Positions 50,232-63,307 of a DNA stretch of 64,000 bases are shown here, piece after piece. The stretch lies in assembly GCF_009914755.1 (NCBI RefSeq), contig NC_060947.1; one strand, written 5' to 3'. The position numbers were made by a program, and so were the translations under genes. Positions within the stretch are counted from its first letter, which is position 1. Each line of letters starts with the position of its first letter. The notes under the pieces were generated by a model that saw nothing but the letters and a program-made list of their open reading frames with translations, ran no database searches and was not told the DNA's origin. The stretch comes from the human T2T-CHM13v2.0 reference genome, Homo sapiens.

Positions 50232-51335
50232 AAACACAGTGTTTTTAATTGTGATTACTCTTAAATCCAATTACCATACTAGTGCCAGTGCCTTGTTTGT
50301 ATCCGCTCTGTCTTGATACTGCTAAGGTATTAGATTTATTGTTTGTCTTTTTCAACCTGAATCACCTCTCATCACTCATTTTTAAAAATCTTATTCAGAG
50401 GTTGAGGAATTTACAGTTCTGAGTCCAATTGTCCTTGTCCTATATGTCATAATATCTGAATATGAGGGACTCCCTTAAATGGGTCAACTGACTGTTTAGT
50501 CCAGGGTGTTTAAAGAAGAGGAAGAGAACTGACATTTTTGAGCACTAACAATGTGCTGTAGTTTACTAGATATTTACATATACATTATCTGAGTTAATCT
50601 TCAATATAACCATGTAAAGTAGGCATTATTACCCCGGTTTGATGAATGCGAGATCTAGTTTGAGAATTTAAATGACTGAATTATCATTTGAACACTGGTC
50701 TGTTGGATTTCAAGACCTGTGATTTTTCCATTGCACATACTGACTCCCAGGGGTAGCAGAGTTTCTTAGATTGAACCTAATAACACACTGATCACCTGGC
50801 CTCTCCTCCCCTCCTGCTTTTCTGTACTTAAAAATATATATATTTTTTATTTTTAATTGACAAATAATTGTATATATTACGTGGGGTACAATGTGATGTT
50901 GATATATGTTTAAAATGTGGAATGATTAAATCAGGCTAATTTACTTTTTTTTTTTCTAAAAGGACCTTGGCTTCAGAATTAACTTTAATTTTCATTCCAC
51001 TTTGCTTATATTATCTTGGCAAGATCAGTCCTTTGTAGCAAGGCCAGGATTTAAGCTTTGAACCACCAGTAAGGAGGGCATTGGTTTGAGCCTGCTTTCA
51101 ATTTTGTCCAAAATCCAGTTATTCGTATTTTACCTAGTTCCCAGTAACTCACAATACAATCCAAGAATGTGCCTTATTGCTGGCCTGGTACTTGCTGGAT
51201 GCTCAGCATTTCAAGGCATATTGGGTTCCATCGTCCACTTGAGAGTCAAAAAGTTCTTCAGTTGTAGGAACACGATGCTTGCTATGGTGAAAGCAAGCAT
51301 GTTTCTCCTCTGGGCCAGACTGGTAAGCAAAGCGA

Positions 51336-53219
51336 CTGCAAAAAATTTACCAAAAGTGGGTTGATGTGTATGTAGTAGAATAGATCAATGAGAAACAGCC
51401 ATTTGGGCTGAAGAAGATATAGGGTGAAGGTAGGGAGAAGGAAATTTTCTCAAGAGTAGGGAAACTGAAAAGGATGATCATTATCCTCTGAATGACTGAG
51501 GAAAGTAAGCTGGGAGTTAATCTAAGACTAAGGGGAATTAAGAAAATCCGAGTGCAAAGCATAGTGGTGTGGTGACATCCTTTGAAAGGAGGGTGGCTGG
51601 ATTCCATCCAGGTCTAAACATTATAATTTGTGATTAGAATGAAAAATTTCAAGGGCCTCTTGGAATTAGCCATTACACGTTGGATTCAAATGCATCCTCA
51701 GGTCATTAATTTAGGGATATTGAGGGATTAACCAACCTAAGGTTGGTACCTAATTTGGTACCTAATTCAGTACCAAATCCTAGGCAAGTTAATCCATACT
51801 GTTTTGGTTTCTTCTTGCCCTCTTTTGTTGTCAACTTGGCAGCTTTCTGGGGCAATATTACAGTTTAAGGTCTTGAGAGCCAAACTCTCTAGCAATCCAC
51901 TGTGGAGACCAGGAGGTTTTGGAGAGGGTTACAGGGAAACTCAGAAAGGCAGAGAGTGGTTCCTGAGTGTCTTCGCTATTCTGTTCTTGGTTTTTTGCTG
52001 CCAGGTTGCCCAGAGGGAAACTGAGCATAGTTCCCATCTGCCAACCTTGTCATTTTCTGTACCCCACGGAAAGGAGGATGAGGCACCTGCTCCTCAGCTG
52101 GTCTCCTGTGCAACAGTTTCTTAGGAAAATGCAAAATTGGGAGTAAGTGGAAGGAGCCCTGAGGAGCAAAGTGGCTCCAGTCTGGAGAGCTTGGCTGTGC
52201 CTGCCTTGGTACCCACATGTTTTCTCTCTCTTCCCTCCCAGTGCCTCAGAATTTGTGATCCAGCATTGTCATCAGCAAGTAGCCACAAGTGACATATGAG
52301 GCCATCTTAAGGGAAGGGGCAGCAGAGAGTTAAAAGGTGGTGGATTGGGACCGGTAACAGCAGAAATAATCACAAGATAGTGTTTCTTTGGGAAATAACC
52401 TATTTTAAACATCATGAGGTGTGCGAAAAGACAAGCTTTAGAGGAATTGAGGTTTCTACCTTTTAGGCACATTCACCATATAAGATCTCTGATTAATATC
52501 AGTAAGGGCAGGAGGAGGAGGGACTCCTCACCTTGCCAAAGCAATTACTGTAGTAAGTCACTATAGTAAACACTTAAAAATAACAGAACCTCATTTCTCT
52601 AGTGTTGTTCAGTATGGGAGCCACTAGCCACATGTGGCTACTGAGCATTTGAAATATGGCTAGTTTAAATTGAGATGTTTTGTAAGGGCAAAATACACAC
52701 CAGATCTCAAGGACTTAGTATGAAAAAAAAACCAGTATAATTTTTATATTGATGACATGTTGAAAACAATATATTGGTTACGTTGGGATAAATAAAATAT
52801 TAGTTTTGCCTGTTTCTTTTTACCTTTATAAAACGGTTACTGGAACATGTAAAATTATGCGTGTGGCTCACATTATATTTCTGTTGGACAGTGCTGCTCT
52901 GGTATACTCAAAAATAGAATTTGATCTATAAGCATCTTTTTAGCAGTACATTTCTTGCTTTAAGTAAGTGTACCTGTACACCAGAGACAGGCTCATTTCA
53001 AAAGAAGGACAGGGAGGAGTGGCGATTTGAAAATGGGGAAACTGATTATAGAAGAAAGTCAGGACTCTGCCTCAGTTACCTGTCAGTCTGGGGGTGGGGG
53101 ATGCTGGGACAGGGGTCAATTGCCTGAAGCAAGTGCTCTCATCCCCCTAGCTCCTGCTGATCTAGTTGGGGCTCCAGAGTGGGGAGGAGAAAGGCACTTT
53201 GAAACTTCTCTGCCCTTAC
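51336..53219 (-). other. GPR119: Probable 3'-UTR intron of GPR119
   Basis: Minus-strand donor ACG|GTAAGG 4 nt after the TAA stop; minus-strand acceptor taaattttttgcag| with the next exon starting at 51335. Confidence 0.65.
52600..52895 (-). mobile_element. MER33-like hAT-Charlie element
   Basis: ccactagccacatgtggctactgagcatttgaaat...gtggctcacattatatttctgttggacagtgctg; a partial sister copy lies at ~3510-3700. Confidence 0.75.
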
Positions 53220-53223
53220 CGTC

Positions 53224-54231
53224 TTAGCCATCAAACTCTGAGCTGGAGATAGTGACGATGTGACAGGAACTTTCCCTGGGCCTCTCTGGGCCACAATTCC
53301 TGGCCGAGAGAAAGAGGAGGAATGAGGTGAGCACCTTCTTCACTCCTAGGGCCATGTGGTAGAGCTGCAGTCGCACCTCCTTCTGCCAATAGGCATAGAT
53401 GAGTGGGTTGAGCAGGGAGTTGCCCACGCCGAGCAGCCACAGGTACCGTTCCAGCACTAGGTAGAGGTGACACTCCTGGCAGGCCACCTGCACAATGCCA
53501 GTGATAAGGAAGGGGGTCCAGGATAGAGCAAAGCTCCCAATGAGAACAGACACAGTACGGAGAGCTTTGAAGTCGCTGGGAGTCCGTGGGGATCGATAAC
53601 CTCCAGCCATGGCTCCTGCATGTTCCATCTTTCGAATCTGCTGGCTGTGCATGGAGGCAATCTTGAGCATGTCGCAGTAGAAGAAGACAAAGAGGAGCAT
53701 GGCTGGGAAGAAGCCAACGCAGGAGAGGGTCAGCACGAAGTGAGGGTGAAATACAGCAAAGAAGCTGCACTGCCCTTTGTAGGCAGTCTGCTGGAACATG
53801 GGGATTCCGAGTGGGAGGAAGCCAATGAGGTAAGACACTAACCACAGCCCGGCAATGCAGGCCCCGGCCACGAACCCACTCATGATCTTCAAGTAGCGGA
53901 AGGGCTGCTTGATGGCAAGGTACCTGTCAAAGGTGATCAGCATGACCGTGAGGACAGAGGCAGCTGCGGAGGAAGTGACAAATGCCATCCGCAGGCTGCA
54001 CAGGGTCTTCTGTGTGGGCCGAGAAGGGCTGGAGAGCTGGTCTGTGAGTAGGCCAGAGATGGCCACACCAATCAAGGTGTCAGCCACAGCCAGATTCAAG
54101 GTGAAGCAGAGACTGACACCATCATTCTTGTGGATCAACAGCAGCACAGCCACAGCCACTAGTGTGTTAGTAGCAATGATGAGGGAGGCCAGGACAGCAA
54201 GGATCACTCCAAATGAGAAAGATGATTCCAT
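53224..54231 (-). CDS. GPR119: G protein-coupled receptor 119 (glucose-dependent insulinotropic receptor), 335 aa, uninterrupted CDS
   Basis: Seven hydrophobic segments and class A motifs (LAVAD, DRY, WTPF, NPLIY); N-terminus [19 protein letters not shown]; strong Kozak gacATGG. Confidence 0.99.
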
Positions 54232-54439
54232 GTCTCGAAGTGGCAGGACTTCACTTACCAGGGCATGCTATCTCTCCAGCTGAAATTCTCATGGGCCAGG
54301 GGCAGAGGAGCTGTGGGTTCAGAGCTACAGCACGATTCTGGCCTTCGCTGGCAGTCCAGGCTGGCAGGTCGCCATCTTTGGGATCCTACAGGTCATGAAG
54401 AATTACTCACCCTCTCTTTTCAGTCCTCAGCCTCCTGCC

Positions 54440-54800
54440 TCTCCAGCTCTCTAAAGGCAGCAACTTCAGTATAGACCTCCCCCTGGGCCCTGAGCTAGTC
54501 CCTCCCCCTCCAACCAGCAAGTTACTAGACAACTCCCAAGTACCTGTACATGCTGTCTCGCCAGGCCCTCTCCCTTCACTGGTGCTTCAGGGACTCTGGA
54601 GGGACAGGGACATTCATCAGGTCTCCTGTCTGTCAAAAGATATAATTGACTCCAATCATACTTTTTTCTTCCTCCATACCTTGACATTAAATTTCTACTT
54701 TTCTTCCAAAACCTCGAGTACCAGCTTAAATAATTAATCTCAGCTTAATTAAGCTTTTTCTTACTAATTCTCAATTACTATTATGAATTGCTTTTAATCA
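54440..54800 (-). promoter_or_regulatory. GPR119: Putative GPR119 proximal promoter
   Basis: Repeat-free region upstream of the ATG with X-box-like GTTACTAGACAAC 54521-54533 and a TAAT/ATTA homeodomain-site cluster at ~54730-54800. TSS not determinable from sequence. Confidence 0.45.
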
Positions 54801-55880
54801 AGCAAGATGCTCATAATCAGTTGAAGTGGGAAGTGAGGGAAGGTGAGCTTTTTGAGGGGCCCCAGCATATTTTCAGGAGTGCTACCACACATTTAAGCTG
54901 TTTCTTACCTTTTGCTTCCTAGCGCCTCAAATTCTAATTCTCTCAAGTAGGGCGTGCTGTTCCCCCGTTTCTCATCCCTAGGATCTCAGTTGAGGATTCA
55001 GGACAGGAAAAACAGGGCCAAAAACTGTTAACAGCTGTCATTCAGTTTAGAACCCATTCTCCACCTCACGCTGCTGTCTCTCAAGTATACTAATTGATAA
55101 TTATTTCTGCAGCATGTTGGGCCAGGTCTGGTCAGTGAGTAGTGGCTGCTGGGCTTGCCTTTCTTAATCCTATAGACCTGAGGTATCTCTGCGGGAGGAG
55201 AAGAGGAGATGAGCTGCATTCTGGGAAGTGTCTGCTTGATGTTTGGCTATGGAATTTTCCATTTTCCAGGAATAGGAACGTGGGGGCGGTTGAGGGGGGG
55301 AGGTTAGACCAAAGGGCAACTGTGTTGCTGAAGCAGGTGAGATGCACTCTGGAGGGGCAGCTGCATAAGTCACTCCTGTTTTAGGATGTGTATCCATTTG
55401 CTTGGGTACATTAGAACTACCCTTTCGCCTGCCACTCTCATCTTGGATACCAAGAAGAGAGGGGTGGGGAGAAGAGTGGTTAGAAGCTTATTTACTCAGT
55501 TCAGGTGAGAGCACAAATGGGAAAGGTTAGTGTTTGAAGTGAGGGAATAGAGAGCAAGGTGCAGAGTTGGACGCAAATATATTCCAGGATGTTTTGACAG
55601 TCTGAGAGGGCCTTTGGCAGATGTCTCTCCTAAAAAAGGATCAGAAAGACTGTGTTGTGGGGATTCAGTATTCTAGTTGCCATCCTGAAAACAGTTCTTA
55701 TTCTTTGGTATGTCCATTAGGAGATTGATTCCAGTTGCTTAGAACCTAGCCTAATTTTATACCTGGACCTAAGGTGTGCTTGGGTTTCCCCAGCTCTTGA
55801 CTCCACGGAGTCAAGTTAGCCCTTTTCAAACCCATGTTCAAACTTGAGAGTGTATCAGAATCACCTGGAGGGTGTCTTAA

Positions 55881-56520
<640 letters not shown>

Positions 56521-56613
56521 TGAGAACCACTGTCCTTGGTTTCCTCATGTGTAACATGGGGACAGTCATAGTTATATCACAAGGTTGTGAGGATGATAAA
56601 ACGAGGTATGATA

Positions 56614-57698
56614 TGGGCAAAGACTTCATGATTAAAACACCAAAAGCAATGGCAACAAAAGCCAAAATTGACAAATGGGATCTAATTAAAGCGCTTCTGC
56701 ACAGTAAAAGAAACTATCATCAGAGTGAACAGGCAACCTACAAAATGGGAGAAAATTATTACAATCTATTCATCTGACAAAGGGCTAATATCCAGAATCT
56801 ACAAGGAACTTCAACAAATTTACAAGAAAAAAACAACCCCATCAAAAAGTGGGTGAAGGACATGAACAGACACTTCTCAAAAGAAGACATTTATGCAGCC
56901 AACAAACATATGAAAAAATGCTCATCATCACTGGTCATTAGAGAAATGCAAATCAAAACCACAATGAGATACCATCTCATGCCAGTTAGAATGGCAATCA
57001 TTAAAAAGTCAGGAAACAACAGATGCTGGAGAGGATGTGGAGAAATAGGAATGCTTTTACACTGTTGGTGGGAGTGTAAATTAATTCTGCCATTGTGGAA
57101 GACAGTGTGGTGATTCCTCAAGGATCTAGAACCAGAAATACCATTTGAGCCAGCAATCCCATTACTGGGTATATACCCAAGGGATTATAAATCATTCTAC
57201 TATAAAAACACATGCACACATATGTTTATTGCAGCACTATTCACAATAGCAAAGACTTGGAACCAACCCAAATGCCCATCAATGATAGACTGGATAAAGA
57301 AAATGTGGCACATATACATCATGGAATACTATGCAGCCATAAAAAAGAATGAGTTCATGCCCTTTGCAGGGACTTGGATGAAGTTGGAAACTATCATTCT
57401 CAGCAAACTAACATAGGAACAGAAAACCAAACACCACATGTTCTCACTCATAAGTGGGAGCTGAAAAATGATAAGAACATATGGGCACAGGGAGGGGAAC
57501 ATCACACACCAGGGGCCTGTTGGGCGGGTGGGGGGCAAGGGAAGGGATAGCATTAGGAGAAATGCCTAATGTAGATGACAGATTGATGGGTGCAGCAAAT
57601 CACCATGGCACATGTATACCTATGTAACAAACGTGCACGTTCTGCACATGTATTCCAGAACTTAAAGTATAATAAAAATAAATAAAAATAAATTTTTA
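56614..57698 (+). mobile_element. 5'-truncated L1PA (intermediate age) inserted in a MIR-like element
   Basis: Frameshifted ORF2 C-terminus (ORF track 56853.., 57222..), 3'UTR and poly-A; TSD AAAA(C/T)GAGGTATGATA at 56598-56613 and 57699-57714. Confidence 0.93.
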
Positions 57699-57800
57699 AA
57701 AATGAGGTATGATAGTTATGAAAAGGCTTCATAAAGTGTAAAATGTTACATGGGTATCCAGTGTCTTCTAGTCTCTGCTAATCAAATTAACACACTGTTA

Positions 57801-58202
<402 letters not shown>

Positions 58203-58298
58203 TCAAGACCTAGTGATGCAGTCTGCAGTTTAACAAGATCTCCAGGTGATCTGCATGCACATTTATCTTTGCCTCTCTCCTACTCTCAGGTGTCTAGC

Positions 58299-59054
58299 TG
58301 TATTAGTTTTCTTTTGCTGCTGTAATGAACTACCACAAACTGACTTAACACGAATGTAGTATCTTACAATTATCAAGGTCAGAAGTCCAAAGTGGGTCTT
58401 ACAGGGCTGAAGTCAAGGTGTTAGCTGAGCTGTGTTCCTTCGGGAGGCTCTAGGGAAGAGTCCATTTCCTCAACTTTTTCAGCTCTCAGAGGCTGCTTGC
58501 ACTCCTAGGCTCCTGGACACATCACTCCATGGTCACGTCTTCTTCTCTGACCTTCCTGTTTCCCTTTTTTTTTTTTTGGGACAAAGTCTCACTCTGTCGC
58601 CCAGACTGGAGTGCAGTGGCGCCATCTTGGCTCATCACAACCTCCGCCTCCCGGGTTCAAGCGATTCTCCTGCCTCAGCCTCCTGAGTAGCTGGGATTAG
58701 AGGCATGTGCCACCACGCCCAGCTAATTTTTTTGTATTTTTAGTAGAGACGGGGTTTCACCATGTTGGTCAGGCTGGTCTCGAACTCCTGACCTCGTGAT
58801 CCGCCCGCCGTGGCCTCCCAAAGCGCTGGGATTACAGACATGAGCCACCACACCCGGCCCCCTGTTTCCCTTTTTAAAGGACCCTTGTGATGACATTGGG
58901 TCCACCTGGACAATCCAGGATAACTCCTCCATTTCAGGATCCTTAACTTAATCACATCTGCAAGTATCTTTTGCCATGTGAAGTCACATATTCACAGGTT
59001 CCTAAGATTAAGACACGAACATCTGTGTTGAGGGACATTTTTCTACCTACCACG
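58299..59054 (-). mobile_element. MLT1-family LTR with nested antisense Alu (~58565-58860)
   Basis: tgtattagttttc... and cttaacttaatcacatctgcaa...ctacctaccac termini. Confidence 0.75.
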
Positions 59055-59593
59055 CTGGTATTCTCTGCTGCATGGATCTCTTCCCCCCCAAACCCCCCTT
59101 CAACAGTCTGCCATTGGAACCAGGCTACTGGGAGAGGAACTCTAGGAAGGTAGCCAGGATAAGCCAGGCCTAATTTCTCATGGTGCCTCGATCAGCCATG
59201 TGCCTGTGATGATTTAGCTGCATCTTGCCTAAGGACAAAGGTGTAGCGACATTTAATAAATACCTCTTCCTGAATGACTAGACTGGTACATATATTACTA
59301 TAAAATATTATGCAGCAGTGTGAAAAGAATGATATAGGTTTATATGTACTGATATAAAGAGACTTCCAAGATATGTTGTTGATTGACAAATCAGAAACCA
59401 GTTTCTAGAGTCTTGGCTCACTTATGAAAAAAACCCCTGAACCCAAATATATGTGGATGTAAATGCACAGAATGCATAGAAAAGAGACTATTAACAAAGA
59501 GTGAATAACTTTGAGGAGGGAATGGGACTGGTGGGGGCTGAAGAGTCACGATTTGCTTTGAATACTTTTTACTTGTCATATATATATATATAA

Positions 59594-59905
<312 letters not shown>

Positions 59906-60093
59906 ATAACTTGTCATATATTTTCACAGCGAGAATGTATCTATGTAATTTCAAAAGAAACAAACATGCCCCTTAACTACCTCTCCCTGTTCCAACCCAG
60001 GCACCATTTTGCAAAGGGATTTTCCAAACAACACAAAAGTGCATGTGTGTGTGAGTGCACACCCATGCAAATATATATAGTCACATATCTCTT

Positions 60094-61119
60094 TTTTTTT
60101 TTTTTTTTTATTATACTCTAAGTTTTAGGGTACATGTGCACATTGTGCAGGTTAGTTACATATGTATACATGTGCCATGCTGGTGCACTGCAGCCACTAA
60201 TGTGTCATCTAGCATTAGATATATCTCCCAATGCTATCCCTCCCCCCTCCCCCGACCCCACCACAGTCCCCAGAGTGTGATATTCCCCTTCCTGTGTCCA
60301 TGTGATCTCATTGTTCAATTCCCACCTATGAGTGAGAATATGCGGTGTTTGGTTTTTTGTTCTTGCGATAGTTTACTGAGAATGATGGTTTCCAATTTCA
60401 TCCATGTCCCTACAAAGGATATGAACTCATCATTTTTTATGGCTGCATAGTATTCCATGGTGTATATGTGCCACATTTTCTTAATCCAGTCTATCATTGT
60501 TAGACATTTGGGTTGGTTCCAAGTCTTTGCTGTTGTGAATAGTGCCGCAATAAACATACGTGTGCATGTGTCTTTATAGCAGCATGATTTATACTCATTT
60601 GGGTATATACCCAGTAATGGGATGGCTGGGTCAAATGGTATTTCTAGTTCTAGATCCCTGAGGAATCGCCACACTGACTTCCACAATGGTTGAACTAGTT
60701 TACAGTCCCACCAACAGTGTAAAAGTGTTCCTATTTCTCCACATCCTCTCCAGCACCTGTTGTTTCCTGACTTTTTAATGATTGCCATTCTAACTGGTGT
60801 GAGATGATATCTCATAGTGGTTTTGATTTGCATTTCTCTGATGGCCAGTGATGATGAGCATTTCTTCATGTGTTTTTTGGCTGCATAAATGTCTTCTTTT
60901 GAGAAGTGTCTGTTCATGTCCTTCGCCCACTTTTTGATGGGGTTGTTTGTTTTTTTCTTGTAAATTTGTTTGAGTTCATTGTAGATTCTGGATATTAGCC
61001 CTTTGTCAGATGAGTAGGTTGCGAAAATTTTCTCCCATGTTGTAGGTTGCCTGTTCACTCTGATGGTAGTTTCTTTTGCTGTGCAGAAGCTCTTTAGTTT
61101 AATTAGATCCCATTTGCAA
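60094..61119 (-). mobile_element. 5'-truncated L1HS, Ta-1 subset
   Basis: Intact ORF2 C-terminal frame (ORF track 60315..61124). 3'UTR reads GATGAC-ACA-TTAG and CTTA-G-AGTAT; ORF2 reads CCCAAA-T-GA-G-TAT (YPNEYK). Perfect TSD CACATATCTCTT at 60082-60093 and 61120-61131. Confidence 0.92.
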
Positions 61120-61506
61120 CACATATCTCTTAATGATAGAGATACGTTCTAAGAAATGCATCATTAGGCAATTTCGTCATTGTGTGAACATCACAGTGTA
61201 CTTACACAAACCTAGATGGTATAGCCTACTGTACATCTGGGGTATATGGTATGGCCTATTGCTCCTAGGCTACAAACCTATAGCTTGTTACTGTACTGGA
61301 TACTGTAATTATTACACAATGGTAACAATTGTGTATCTAAATATTTGTGTATCTAAATATATCTAAACACAGAAAGTATTTGTGTATCTAAATATATCTA
61401 AACACAGAAAAGGTACAGTAAGAATACAGTATTATAATCTTATGGGACCACCATCATATACGTGGTCCATTGTTGACTGAAACATCATTATGTGCCACAG
61501 AACTGT
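61120..61506 (-). mobile_element. Tigger3a/MER7-like TcMar DNA transposon; its terminal bases lie at ~60078-60093, split off by the L1HS
   Basis: gatacgttctaagaaatgcatcattaggcaatttcgtcattgtg ... ttataatcttatgggaccacc motifs; internal 35-bp tandem duplication at ~61340-61410. Confidence 0.8.
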
Positions 61507-61644
61507 ATATATTTATATATACACATACATATATACACTATTTTATGTATGTAATATATGTTATATACAAAATACACAGATACATATGTACACTATATAG
61601 TATACACATTATATATATTAAAATAACACATACATACATACATG

Positions 61645-61645
61645 A

Positions 61646-61696
<51 letters not shown>
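61645..61696. repeat. (GA)n/(GAGACA)n microsatellite
   Basis: Direct reading. Confidence 0.9.
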
Positions 61697-62800
61697 GATG
61701 TGTGTTTCCTTTTATTTATATTGCTGTTACTAGCCTGAGCTACAACTGTAAAGAGAGGGGTATATGTGGATTGAAAGAAATGTAGGACATGACAGGGTGG
61801 GAGAATCAGTATTTGAGGCTCTTCTTGGAGTGGGAGGCGCTTTGAGGAAATAGCCCTATCCTTCTGGGGCATCTGAGTCTTCTTGCAGCAATGGATGACA
61901 CCAGCTAACATTTATGGGGCCTTTAAGTGCCAGGTACTGTGCTAAATATACAACATGGAGTTTCATTTAACCTTCACGACAATTCTGTAAGGTAGGTACT
62001 ATTCATGCCTTGATTTTACAGGTTAGGAAATCAAGGCACACAGAGAGGGTGACTTATTTCCAAAGGGCTACACCACTTGTAAGTGGAAGATGTTGGAAAT
62101 CGACATACAGGCCAGCAGCTTGTGTGAGACCTGTGGACAGCCACCAAGAGTTCATCCCATCTCATGTCAACCACAGAGATTACATCTTGTCCCCTTTTGT
62201 TACCAGTTTGTGTCTCTGTGCCTTTGCACATCCTATCACACTGGCCTTCAAGCTGACACTTTTATACTCTGGGTTTTTTTAAGGTCGTTAGGCTGAGAAG
62301 TAGTAGAAGCCTTTCTTTTTAAATAAAGTCCAATGATCATGGAAAATGAGGCTCATTTTACCCTGAGCCCAAGGAAATGTATAAATCTGGACTCATGTGT
62401 ACCTCTCCATTTATCTTATCACTCCTGCTTTCCATTCCTGCTATTGCCTCTTTCATTCAGTACTTTATTATCTTTCATCTGCACTATTACTGTAGCCTTC
62501 TAACTACTCATCCTGTCACCCCACACAAACATTGCCTACACAGCAGGTTTATGGAGTGCCTATTCTATGTTAGTTACTATGATAGGAAAGAGCTTTTCAT
62601 ACATTCAATAACATGTTGTGAGCTATGGGTTATTATCTCATCTCCATTTCATAAGTAAAGAAGCTGAGGCTTGGAGAGATAAAGGGACCTGCCCAAGGTT
62701 ACCCAACTAGAAAGGGGTGGCAGAGCTGGGATTTGGAATCCAGTTCTCCTTACGCCTGGTCCAATGGTCTTTTTGGTATTCCATGTTGCAGAAGCCTGGG

Positions 62801-63307
62801 TGTGGTAGGCTGAATAATGCCCCCTGCATAGATGTCCATATCCTAATCCCTGGAGCCTATGAATATATGACCTTACTTGGCAAAAGCTAGTTTGCAGATG
62901 TGATTAAGTTGAGGATCTTGAGATGGAGAGATTATCCTGGATTTTTCCTGTGAACCCAGTGATATCATCCCTGTGAGCCCAGTGTTATAAGGGCCCTTAA
63001 AACAGGGAGTCAGGAGATCAGAGTGGGCAGTTTTGGAGATGTGATGACAGATGCCAGTGGTTGGAGTGATGCAAGGAAGGGATCACATGCCAAGGATTCA
63101 AGAGGCCTCTGGAAGTCAGAAAAGGCAAGGCAAGGAATCCTGTCCTAGAGCCTCCAGAAGGAATCAGCCCTGCCAACACTCTGACTTTAGCCCAGTGAAA
63201 CTGATTTCAGACTTCTGACCTCGAGAACTGGAAGATAATAGATTTGTGTTGTTTTAAGCCACAAAGTTTGGGGTAATTTGTTACAGCGGCAATAGGAAAT
63301 TAATACA
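62801..63307 (+). mobile_element. MaLR solo LTR (MLT1D-like)
   Basis: Begins TGTGGTAGGCTGAATAATG and ends GCAATAGGAAATTAATACA. Confidence 0.85.

Noticed and set aside
51731-51778. ACCAACCT-A-AGGTTGGT palindrome followed by GTACC(T/A)AAT repeats
   Set aside because: Short, intronic, and no supporting functional evidence.
53231-54283. Alternative-frame (204 aa, 86 aa) and antisense (124 aa, 73 aa) ORFs overlapping GPR119
   Set aside because: Shadow ORFs of a GC-rich CDS, mostly non-ATG starts, with no recognisable features.
60315-61124. 269-aa ORF
   Set aside because: C-terminal fragment of L1 ORF2p in a 5'-truncated element with no promoter or true start.
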